Shown in pieces: positions 30,116 to 41,859 of a stretch of 64,000 bases of DNA. The stretch's first letter is position 1. Each line of letters opens with the position of its first letter. A model generated the notes under the pieces. That model did not search any database. It saw only the letters and a program-made list of their open reading frames with translations, and was not told the DNA's origin. Both the position numbers and the translations under genes were made by a program. Origin of the DNA: Eledone cirrhosa (Eukaryota); the NCBI GenBank assembly GCA_964016885.1, contig OZ024742.1, forward strand, positions 110,298,001 through 110,362,000, written 5' to 3'.

Positions 30116-30286
30116 ACACATGTACTATGTAAAACCTGACGCACCCAAAACGATATATTGATGTGAACAAAAATAACTACCGTATATCTATGTACTCTGA
30201 GATATTCGAGTGTCTGCTTATGTATGCACACACACACATCTATATATATCTATATCTATATCTATCTATCTATCTATCTATCTATC

Positions 30287-32270
30287 AGGTCCATCAACGA
30301 CAACCTCCACCTCATGCGATACATGCGGGGCCCTGATCGACTTGGATCAATCTAAGGCGTTCGATAGGGTCGACCATGGTTACCTGGATGCGGTGCTAGC
30401 GGCGGCAGGCTTCGGACCCGTTTCCAGGGGCTGGATCAATGCCATGCACAGCAGCCGCATCTGCTCTAGGGTCAAGGTGAACGGCTACCTCTCGGAGACG
30501 TTCGAAATCGCGCGGTCCATCCGACAAGGGTGCCCTCTCTCCTCCCTTCTGTATGTAATGACTCTAGAGTCACTGCTGCGGAAGTTGGAGTTGTTGCAGG
30601 GCATCCCGTTGGAACCGGGATTGCGGAAAGAGGTGTCGGCCTACGCCGACGACGTAACAGTAATGGTGTCGACGGCCTCGGAAATCGGGGCGATCGGCAC
30701 CTTACTGGAGGAGTACGAAGGTTTACAGGGGCTAAGCTGAACCGGGACAAGTCGATCGATCTGCAACTCGGCACGTGGAGGGGCAGATCGATGCCCTCCG
30801 ATGGCGTCGTCGGGCGCTGGACGGAGGGCCCGGTGAAGTTGCTCGGGGTCTGGTTCGGACCAGACCTCCAGGTGGAGAAGAACTGGGGTGAGGTAACGAA
30901 CAGGGTGTTTGCACTGACCCAGAAGTGGGCCGAGTGCAAACTGTCCCTGAAAGGTCGGGCGGAGGTGGCGAACACTTATATAGCGTCCGTCATCTACTAC
31001 CGCCTGACCGTTGTGCCTTGCCCAAGGGAAACACTCGCCAAAATGGAGCGCGAACTCTTCCAATTCCTTTGGAAGAAGCGGGCTCCTATGGTGAGGAGAT
31101 CCATCTGCTGTCAACACCCTTCGAAAGGAGGGCTGGGGATGCCGTGGCTAATGATACGTAAACACGTATTAAGGCTACGGCACCTCCAGGTATTCCTCAC
31201 CGGTCAACCGGTGTGGGCCCCGTTTGTGAGGCGAGCCTTTCCCAGACTCGTCTCACTCACCGAGCTGCAATCCTGGGTCAAGCAAAGACCGAGAAAACTG
31301 GGCGCCTGGCACACCGAGTGTGCCCAGGCGCTCACAGCTCTCTGGCAGGCGGATCCGGCTGTCAGTGGAGAATCCACCTCGTCATTCTATAGAGGGCTGG
31401 TCGTTAGCAGGTGCGACGACGCCCTCGGAGAAGCCCTAGGCATGGAGGAAGACGAACTGGCCAACCTGTTCGATAGGACATTTAGCCCGGGACCCATGGA
31501 TAACTTCCAGAGGTCCCTGGCCTGGCAGTGCTCCCGAAGAGCTCTGCCCGTTCGAGAAAGGCTCTACAGACACGGGTGCCCGGGTAGGGACCCCTCGAAA
31601 AAGATCTGTACAGATGCGTGTGCGACGAGGAAACCGTTGCACACGCATTGGTACACTGCTCGGGCATTGCCGATCTGTGGGGCTATGTCGAACAACTGCT
31701 GTCAAGAGTGGGACCGATCCGGTTGACCACCGAGTCTATTGTAACGATCAAGCCGTCCCCCCTCTTCAAAAACGAAGGAGAGGCGTTGTTTCTGTGCGTA
31801 ATAGCCATGGCGAAAGAGGTTGTATGGTGGACGCGTCTGAAAGGACTGAGGTCAGACACCTTTCTCTCTGGCCAACAACTGGTGCGTTTCTTCCGATATC
31901 ATTTCGGAAGAAGGATCAGGATGGAGAGAGAGGTGCTGCACCCCAGCCGTTTCTATGAAAGATGGGTGAAAGTGGCGAGAATGGGCCTTCACTCTACATC
32001 AGACTATAGGTGAGGAAGAGGAAAGATCAAAGGAGCACCCCTTCTCTGTGCTCCTGAGGAGAAGGGTTGCACACTTTTTTTCGGGGGTGTGTGCGACCCC
32101 CCCAAGGCGCCTCCTCCCTATGGAGGATTTTGTTATAAAATATATTTTGTTATATTGTATTTTATTTTTATATTTTGTTATTGCCTCCTTATTGAGGACG
32201 CCTTGTTATATAAACTCCCCCCATTGTACTTGTCCCATTTTTGATGCCCTGGTGTCAAATAAAAAGAAAG

Positions 32271-32271
<1 letters not shown>
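30287..32271 (+). mobile_element. 5'-truncated Tx1/L1-clade non-LTR retrotransposon (ORF2 RT to C-terminus, frameshifted) inserted in (TATC)n
   Basis: DLDQSKAFDRVDH, RQGCPLS, AYADD, LLGVWF, GGLGMP and C..DEETVAHALVHC across ORFs 30210-30740, 30530-31726 and 31618-32013. AATAAA near the 3' end; (TATC)n on both flanks. Confidence 0.93.
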
Positions 32272-32338
<67 letters not shown>

Positions 32339-32407
32339 TTATCTCTCTATACATATATATATGTATATATGTATATATACTTACACACATATATATATAT
32401 ATGTATG

Positions 32408-32495
<88 letters not shown>

Positions 32496-32534
32496 TATAT
32501 ATATAATTATATGTATATATATATACATATAGGT

Positions 32535-32566
<32 letters not shown>

Positions 32567-32655
32567 GTATCTATTTACGTATGTTTCTTGTGTTTTTTTA
32601 CACCGTGAGTTCCTTCGATTGAGTCGGTTCAACGCCGCAACAAGTACAAGTACAA

Positions 32656-32690
<35 letters not shown>

Positions 32691-33124
32691 TATATGTATA
32701 TCTGTGTGTTTGCGTGTATCTACTTGAGTATGTGTATATAACTCTATCTTTACATCTTTGTTGTTTACATATGTGTTTTGATTTTTGTATGTGTGTATGT
32801 CTCATTTTCTTTGCCTCTCTTTAATTGAAGCAATCTTCCCCATCTTTTCCTCTCCTCTCTCTCTGTCGCATTATCTCTCTCTTTGTCAATATAACCTATA
32901 ATGAAGTCTGTTTATACAAACATTGTTTGCACGCTATCTGTTGCTCACATCTGAAAGCTCTGACATAAGCCATTTGACAAGGGAGAGAACTGCAGTGGAC
33001 CTAATGAGAGAACGTTATTCCTTTCTCGCGTATAATTCGGCTGAACTAAGTATGAAGAGAGAAAAGAAGAAAACTGAAAGAAAAGAGAACAAGAAGGAAA
33101 ATGAAAGAAAAAGGAATAAGAATC

Positions 33125-33718
33125 AATGTACTTTTGGTAAATGAAATGACATCATGAGAAGTATGATGTCAGTGTGCCTGAAGCGCAGTGTTAGAATTCT
33201 GTACCATACCAACAATGGCTTATAGAGTAAAAACCTGGTCGATGACTAAATCCACGAAAAAGAATCTTAGAACAACATAAAGAAATATCAAAAGATATTT
33301 GTTGGAATCACTAAAAAGGACAGAAAAACGTTTCAATGGATAAGAGAGCAAACAAAAACATAAGACATCATAAAACTTTATGAAGAGAACATTGAGGTGG
33401 GTAGGAATGTGGCACGAACAAATGACAACAGATGGATAAAGCTATGTATAGAATGGAAACCAAAAAGGACTGGTTCACACAGTAGGCACAGAGCATCTAG
33501 AATGAACAAATAACAGAAAAACAAAGCTATGTAGAGAATGGAAATCGAGGAGGACAGTTTCACGTAGTCGAGGAAGACAGGGGATGTGATAGAGAGATGA
33601 GATCGTTGTGGTTATGAACGTTACAAGGTCAAGAGTGACACAGAAGAGGAACAATTGTCATTGCCTTGGAGAGATTTTCCTCTTGCAGTGGACATATAGT
33701 GGTTGAGAATGAAGATAA
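33125..33718 (+). mobile_element. Decayed RTE-clade LINE 3' fragment
   Basis: Remnants such as WIREQTK, RWVG, ARTNDNRW, and a terminal ggagagattttcctcttgcagtggac (GExFxLQWT-like). Confidence 0.65.
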
Positions 33719-35504
33719 TATCTTACTAATGTTATGTTTTTGAATAAGTTTTGTAAAACCTGATAACTTTTATTCAGCAAATGAATGAACAGTACAGAAC
33801 ATAGTGTAGGGGAAATGGCAGTGCACATTCTTTAGATCAACTTCTATTTGAGAATCGAACCTATGTTTCAGAACCGATATGTCAGAATCAATCTAACAGT
33901 ATATAAGCTGTAACAGTAGCAGTGGTAGTATTATTAATGAAGTTTTACATATCTACAAGGTCATGCATGTTTTTCAGTGGAACTACCAATTATGTCAAAA
34001 GTAAAAAGTCATAATAAAATACCGCAAGGTATTAGTCGGATATATTTATGGCTTAGACAGAGGAGAAAAGTCAGCACCCTTGAACATTTTTCGGGGCCGA
34101 TGGTATTGGTAGAAGGAAGTAAACCGGAGACTCAGTATAAATAATCGCAATTGAATGCACTCTTCTAAAATCGCTTAAGGACCACTTAGAGATCTTATCC
34201 CAGTCGACAGATTATGGCTTCCACATATATTCATTCATTCATTTATAAAACAAGTTACTACAAAGGCAATGCCATGATATGCGTCTTTCTGTCTTGATGA
34301 AATTTTAGGAGCACACGCGCCACTCCTCCCCTAACATACGGCGTAGCAAAGCTCATCCTTCTACAGTTTTAAAGCCGATTAATTCTAGAAAATAGTAGAG
34401 AGAATCAAGTACCGAGAGAGAAAGAGAAAGAGAGAGAGAGGGAGGAGGAGAGAAAGGAGGAGATATAAAGAGAGAAGAATCAACTCCATTGATGCATTCG
34501 TAATTCATTTATCGACTCTAGAAGGATGAAATGCGTTGGGATTAAAAACAAATGATGCAAAGAATTATATCCAACGTTCCAACGACTCTGACAGAATGTC
34601 GTCTATATAGAGGCACATATATTAATAAAAAATACCTTTCAATAACATATCCACACATCTATTTGTGTAGAATAAATACTTGTATAGAATAACATATTTC
34701 GAAACATCTAGCCTCAAACAAATGTAAGTTTATATTTTTGTTAACGTCTGATTTTCTAGTTTGTGATAAGATACAAACTTGTATTAAAAGAAAACAACAT
34801 AAATATAACAAGAATTGTCTAGACTTTAGCTTGTCATTTTGTTAATGGATACACTCTCGAATGTTAAGAATAATTTACATTTACAGAAAATATCACAAAC
34901 AAAAACATACTTAGATATGCCACCTTACATTTCATAAACATGGTGGATACATTAATTAACAAAGATTTCTTCCAGTCGAACCTAATACTATGTGAATATA
35001 TTTAATTTATAAATTTGTTAGCTATTACATTTTTTTAGTAGTCTCACTTGCTTGACAGTGACCATGCTGAGGCACTACCTTTAAGCGTTTTAGTTAATTT
35101 ATATCGACCCTGTACGTAATTTAGTACTCATTTTAACTATATCTATTTTTATCGCTATTTATCCTGACAGTGGCTAGTGTTTCGCACATTCTAGGGAGTT
35201 GCATGCGCTGAAGTAACAAATACTGCAAAGAGTTTAAAGCGACCTACAGCGTTATATACAATTACAGACGTGGACAACACATTCCTTGTACACATTCAAA
35301 CACACACACATGTATAGTTTAGAAAGCATTTGTGTTAACATAAATTAATATGTATATTTTAATAGAAGCTGATGTTTCTTCAATCGTAACTCTGAGTTTC
35401 AAGTATTCGATTGCTGATAAAATTGAATTAGGTAAGTTGCACAGCTATATATAAGAAGTAATTGACAAAATATTGAAATATAATAGGACAAATGTAGTAT
35501 AGTG

Positions 35505-35915
35505 TATACCTTCCGACTTCTCTGTTGAAGGCCTCGATAATGTTCGCCTCCCAGGAAACAGTCATTTTACTACCTTTTTCTTGCACCATATGACGAGATC
35601 GGATTTTCTAGTAATAAAAATGGCATCTGTCGTCCATGTTAACTGAGATCTCCTAGGTCCTATTCCCTTTTGGGGCAGTCCTATTTCTTACAGTGGCATG
35701 CCTGCAGCATTTTCGTTCCTTAAAAACTTCATCCTGCCCTCACTTTTATTGATCCTTTATATCTGCTCTTCTCCAGCACTAGTGAATACTCTAAGCACCT
35801 AGTTATGCCATCATGTGAATTTGTTCTTCAGGCCTAGGCGAAAAATGGACAGTATGCACCTCCTCGTTCCAGGCTTCCAGTATTTTCACAAGAATCTGTC
35901 TTCCACTTTACAACC
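35505..35915 (-). mobile_element. Decayed RLE-type (HERO/NeSL-like) non-LTR fragment
   Basis: The - strand gives FT*WHN*VL (RHNQVL-like), RKSDLVIW (RPD-like) and TVSWEANIIEA (ELTVPWE-like). Confidence 0.55.
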
Positions 35916-36899
35916 CTTTAGAATATATAAAGAAATATAAGCGAATATTTGGAGGGGAAAACACAATGTAAAAAACCGATTTTTTCAAATAAAAATAAAA
36001 ATATAATAATTATGGGGGGAGAAAACGGGATAGAGAAATATCATCAAATGTGATTAGTTGAGAGAATATAAGATGATAATAGTTATGTCAAGTTTATACA
36101 TCTTAATAATAAATAATCTGTGTATCAGAGTTACAGAACCTTCAATTCACTTACAGGTTCAAGCCACGTGGCATAGTCCATTGTTTATCTGTGCGGTCAT
36201 GCGCGTTTGTTTTTGACACCACAGCAGATGCACAAGTTCGTAAATTCCAATGCAGATAGAAATCTATTTTTGCTCACCCGGACATTGACGGAGGATCCAA
36301 TATTCCTAGTTCAATATGTGTGTGGTGTTATTTTGGTCGCACAAATCAATCACTTGGTTCAATATTATGGAGTATGGTTTTCTGGTCTTCGTAACAGTGT
36401 CAGTGGTTGTATATCTGGAAATCACAAGGATCACAGTACTCCGGTTTGGTGTGATTATCGATCATCCAGCTATGTTGTTGGTGGTTGGATTCAATTCTAT
36501 TCGCCCGAACGTTGAACTTTGGTGTCGATAGAACATTAACGAGGCAGGGTGAGATCGCATCTGTGGTACAAAACGGTACGCAAGGAAATTCTTCGTCTTC
36601 GTTTCATCCGGGTCCAGCAGTCACGTGCAAGAACCGCTACGTAGTAATTGTGGGGTTAATCGGTCAAGTCACAACTGACCGAAAAGTCTCTTAGGAATTC
36701 AGACAGGCATGACAGGCACATTTAGGTCAGCAGCTTCTTTATGTGTACGTGTGTCCGACACACACAGACACACATTTATATGTATTTCAACTCAAAAAAC
36801 TCAATTGATTCACCCACTGGTACTACAATCGGTCAAGACAGCAACTGTAGGTCGGAGTGTCTGTGCGTGTGTGGATAGAGGGGTAGGGGGAGAGGAATC

Positions 36900-38918
36900 A
36901 GGAGGCTGAGGGTGTAAATATGTGGTGCAAAGCACGTGTGTGTGGGGTTTAAGTGTGTTGTGGGTGTAGGTGGCATGTGGGAGAAAAATTTTTTTTGGGT
37001 GTGTGTGTGGGTGAGTTATATAGGTGATTCCGTAAGAGGATGGTTGAAATGTTGGTAAATTCCTATGATGTTTAGTAGATTCCGTGGTGGTCAAGTTCCA
37101 CATACGAGTATTTCATGAAGAGATGGTCGGAAGAGGAGAGATGTGGGGTGCGCACGCAACAGGAAGTGGTCAAGCGGTGGGAGTGCTGTGTGTCTGTTTG
37201 TGCTGGGAGGTGGTCAGAGGGCATAGCAGTAGTCGGTGGAATGGTAAAGGGGCGAGGATGGGTAGGTGTGAAAGTTGGAGTGAGGAGGGTGTGTGTGTGT
37301 ATTAGTAGAGGTGTTAGTGGGATGAGTGAGTGTGGAGCGAGGGTGTGGGTGGAGCGGGGAGAGAAGGGTGTGTGTAGTTCTATGGAGGGAGTGTGGTGTA
37401 CTGGTGTGTGTGTAGTTTGATGAAGGGGATGTTAGTGGGTGTTAGTATACGGGAGGTGGGGAACGGTTGAATGCAGGTGTGAGTGGGGGTTAATGGTGGT
37501 AGGGTGTGTAGAGTTGGTGGTGTACGAGGGTGTGTGGGTACGTGTGCGTGGGGTTGGGGGGGGAGTTAGTGATGTTAGTTGCGTGTGGGGTGGGTGGTGT
37601 AAGTGGGTGCGTGTGTTCGTGTGCTTGGGGTCAGGGGGTGTTAGTGAGGTTAGGTGCGGGGTGGTGGGATGGAGGTGTGGGGGTGAGGGTTAGTGGTGGT
37701 AGTAGGGTGTGTGTTTAGTGTGAGCGCGTGTATATATGTACGGTGTGTGTGTGCGTGTGATAAGGAGGAGGGAGGAGGAGAAGAAGGGAGGGATGTTAGT
37801 ATGTTAGTTGAGGAAGGGTGGTCGGATGAGGGGTGGAGTGGAGGTGTTAGTATTATTAGTTGTGGGGTGGGCGGTGAAAAGGAGGGGTATGTTAGTGGTG
37901 TTAGTGGGGGATAAGTGTGGGGGGAGGGGGGCGGTCGAAGGCTAAAGGAATAAGGGTGGGGAGTTCAGGCCGGGGGAGTGTGGGTCTGTAAGATGAAGAT
38001 AGTTCTTTGTTCGACTCTAAGGCGATTGGCGGGTGTTCCGTGGCATTGGAGTAGGCCACAGACTGTGAGATGGCGTGCGGAATGTCCAGGGCCACCAAAG
38101 TGGCGGGCAATGGGGGAACTACCACCGAGACGAATATCCCGGAGGTGCTCAGTGAATCGGTCCGCCAGGCGACGTCCCGTCTGTCCGACATAAGTCCGAC
38201 AGAAGTCCGTAGACTAGGTTGGAGGAGGTGCAGCGGAAGGGACGTTGGGACCCTGGAAGGTGGTGGTGTTGGTGATGTGGGGACAGGTGTTGCAGCGGGG
38301 CCTAGAACAGGGGAAGGAACCGGGGGGGGGGGGGGAGAGCGTGGGTTGGGGGTAGGGAGCTGTGGACGAGGAGGGTGCGGAGATTGCGTGCGCGTTTGAA
38401 GGAGGGGAGTGGTGGGGTTGGGAAGATGTGGGAGGTGGAGGGGTCGGACTGGAGGCGTCGGAAGAGGCGGCGGATGGTGCGGTGGAGGGGTAAGGCGGAG
38501 GGGTGGTAGGTGATGGGGAAGGGGAGACGGTGGGTGGGTGTGCGGTGGCGTGGGGTGAGGGTGGTGGAGCGGTGGACAGCACGGGCGCGGGTGAGAGCGG
38601 TGTGGACGAGAGAGGGGGGTAACCTCTGCGGATGAAATGGCTGACTAGGGAAAGGGCCTGGGACTCGAAGTCAGCATCTCGGCTACAGAGGCGGCGGATC
38701 CTGAGGAGTTGGGAGTAGGGAATGGAGTGTTTAGTGTGGGTGGGGTGGGAAGAGGTGAAGTCGAGGTAAGAGTGGGAGTCGGTGGGTTTGAAGAAGGCGG
38801 AGGTGACGAGGGAGTGGTGGGAGGGGTCGAAGGCGACGGAGATGTCTAAGATGTGGACGTGGGTGGTGGAGATAGAGGTGGTGAAGTGGAGGGAGGGGTG
38901 GAAGGAGCAGAAGAAGGA

Positions 38919-38920
<2 letters not shown>
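36900..38920 (-). mobile_element. 5'-truncated Penelope-like element (Neptune-like): RT thumb, Cys linker and GIY-YIG endonuclease (coding ~38920-37942, frameshifted), with a C/A-rich 3' region
   Basis: FHPSLHFT...KPTDSHSYLDFTSSHP...IPYSQLLRIRRLCS...RGYP; ITYHP; FKRARNLRTLLVHS; PCSRPRCNTC; SNLVY...YVGQTGRRLADRFTEH...PIARHF...PGLN. The 5' end abuts (TA)n. The 3' boundary is uncertain. Confidence 0.9.
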
Positions 38921-38961
<41 letters not shown>

Positions 38962-38968
<7 letters not shown>

Positions 38969-39320
38969 GTGAGGTTTTTTTACAAAATGAAAAATAACCG
39001 AGGTGTCCTACACGAGTGAAAGTATAAAGAAAAAGAGATGAAATCGAAAATGCAACTGGAGTCTTATTTTTTTTTTAAATATATATTTTTATTTGGTTCC
39101 TTTACCGGTTTCGCAGTTCTTCTGCTTTTAAAAAGGTGAGTTGAGATGGAGGGTCTGTGGTTTTTCTCACAGATGTGAGAAAAACCACAGACCCTCCATC
39201 TCAACTCACCTTTTGAAAAGCAGAAGAACTGCGAAACCGGTAAAGGAACCAAATAAATATATATATTTAAAAAAAAAATAAGACTCCAGTTGCATTTTCG
39301 ATTTCATCTCTTTTTCTTTA
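38962..39320. mobile_element. Fold-back element family A, copy 2; intact U3-A8 hammerhead at 39209-39246 (+)
   Basis: Near-identical to 283-617, with a longer hairpin tip (tctcac-agat-gtgaga). The left-arm core is mutated at G5. In (TA)n. Confidence 0.85.
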
Positions 39321-39337
39321 TATATATATATATATAT

Positions 39338-39621
39338 AAATTTAAAAATAAACTGTCATTTTCACTAACCGAAGATTGCCGGAAGTAACTATATGCATTC
39401 CTTTCTGTTTTTTATTCACTCATCTTGCACCCTATATATATTAGAGAGTCGGGGAAAATTTCCGTCTGGAATTTGCTGTTGGAAAGACAAGAGCTCATTC
39501 GTCAGGACCTACTTTCTACTATATTTACAATCTAATTCCATGTATCGAGTACTCTGCTCCTTACTAGTTTAAAACTGATCTTTCTCTATATATACCTACA
39601 AACAGAGACAGAGAGAGTGAG

Positions 39622-39693
<72 letters not shown>

Positions 39694-39884
39694 GTATATA
39701 TATATGTATCAGTCTCCTGAACAAGGAAGATGAAAAAAGCTTACCTCTTAATTTTAAAAGAATTGTCCCTCTGATTTTTTCAATAATGTCACTTTAACGA
39801 ATCAATGAAAGGAAAAAAAAAGAACAGACCCTAAAATGTATTTTCCGTGCTATTTCTAACGTCACCTTTTCTCTCTCTCTCACA

Positions 39885-39980
<96 letters not shown>

Positions 39981-40126
39981 TGAGAGAGATGGAGAGACAT
40001 ATATATAGACAAATAGACGATAGGAAAATAGATGAGTGGATAAAAAGTCAAAAAAACAAAAAGGAATATATAGAGTTACTTCCGTTAATCTTCGGTGAGA
40101 CAAATTGACAGAATATTTTTAAATTT
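39338..40126. mobile_element. Putative MITE or old fold-back with ~95-105-bp imperfect terminal inverted repeats
   Basis: 39338-39434 matches the reverse complement of 40021-40126 (aaatttaaaaata...accgaagatt..cggaagtaact...actcatct). Confidence 0.55.
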
Positions 40127-40221
40127 GATCATCATAATCATAATGCACACATCGGAAATAATAAGCATTTTTACGAAATTTGTGAGGAAACAAACTGAGG
40201 TGGAGGTACTGATCTCTAGTT

Positions 40222-40254
<33 letters not shown>

Positions 40255-40408
40255 AGACGACATAATTACAATTTAGGGCACCCACCTGAATTAGTTTCCT
40301 CCTAACTTTCTTAACAATGAATATTTTGCAAAGAGACATGTATGTATGTATGTATGTATGTATGTATGTATGTATGTATGTATGTATGTATGTATGTATG
40401 TATGTATG

Positions 40409-41780
40409 TTCTGGTTTTATAATTTCACAAATTTTTTCCCAATAAAGAGAGTCGGTTTCTAACATAGACACAAGACTCTCTCATTGGAATTTAAACATCA
40501 ACTAGGTAGATTATGTATGCATGCATGTGTAGATATGGATGTTATTGTATGTGTGGATGTGTATGTTTTGAGTTGTATGTGTGCATGTATATATGCTTTG
40601 CATCTGTACATGTGTATATGCAGTTATTAGATGCAACATTTTTGGAATATTTTACATATTTTTACTGTTCCATTAATGGACTGTACTTGTAATTTCGTAA
40701 CTAGTTGTGTTATTTCTGTTCCTGTGAAGCCTAACTTCTCAAGATTTGTATTGAGGCAGTTACTAACATATCCCAGTGCCCCAATAATCACAGGCATAAA
40801 TCTGAAGGTGTAATCAGGGTGGAGTATTTGCAGATTTCTCATAAGTTCTGCATAAATATTCTCGTTTTCGCTAATCTTTGATATTATATTGGCATCTGCT
40901 GAGCAGCTAATTTCCACTACTGTGCATGCTTTCTTCTCCCTGTCCCATATCATAATATCTGGTCTGTTATGCCTGCATTTTATTGGGGTTTTTACTGGAA
41001 CATTCCACCGGTATTCTTTCATATTATGTACATGGATGTCTTCCACATTGCTGTAGTTTTTAATGTGTTTGTTATCAGGGCTATCTTTTTTACGAACTGC
41101 ATTGTACAGTGTTTTGGCCACTACATCATGCCTCATAGGTAGATAGTACCGCGATGACATCTTTGGATAGCTGCTGATGACATGGGTGATATCCTCGATG
41201 TTAGTTCTGCAGAGTCTGCACTTGTTATCACATCTAGGTGTTTTGCCTGCATCCCTATCTCTTTTGTGAATCAGGTATTTCGTATTAATTTCCTGTTCTT
41301 GGATTGCAAAAGCGTATCCTTCAAAGTGGGAGCCAATGTAGCGGTTGTTGGTCCAAGATAGACTACTTTCCTTATCTATATTACTCTCACCCTGGAGCTT
41401 CCTGGCAACATATCCATGCATGATTTTTTGCTGATAAGCATGCAGTTTTTCATCCATGGATTCACTACGATACTGCTGAGCGACTTCCCTGGGTGTGAGT
41501 TTTTGATTATCACACAGGGAATAACTCTCGAGGAGTTCCTTCCGAACTCTTATCTGTTTCATAAAGATAGACTTGCTCGAGAGACGGGCTCCTACGCTTC
41601 GAGGTTCGTAGATGTTGTTGGAGGGATATGATGCGACATTCAAATGCTGTCTGGAGTGATGTTAGGCCTCTGCCTCCCTGCTTACGTCTCAAGTAAAGGC
41701 GGTCTATGTCACTGTTGATGTGGAAATTTCCGGCGTTGTTTAGTATTTTTCGAGTTCCAACATCAACTGCTCGGATTTCG
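40409..41780 (-). mobile_element. 5'-truncated R4/Dong-clade element (family 2) in (CATA)n
   Basis: DRLYLRRKQGGRGL, CRLC..EDITHVIS, RHD and NRPDIMIWD in ORFs 41510-41917 and 40627-41643. (TGTA)n at 40338-40408 and 41781-41858. Confidence 0.93.
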
Positions 41781-41790
41781 TGCATGTATG

Positions 41791-41824
<34 letters not shown>

Positions 41825-41859
41825 TGTATGTATGTATGTATGTATGCATGTATGTATGT

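Noticed and set aside
25846-30161. Very long ORFs (up to 1228 aa) rich in H/T/Y/I
   Set aside because: Stop-free translations of the minisatellite in several frames; no protein-like complexity.
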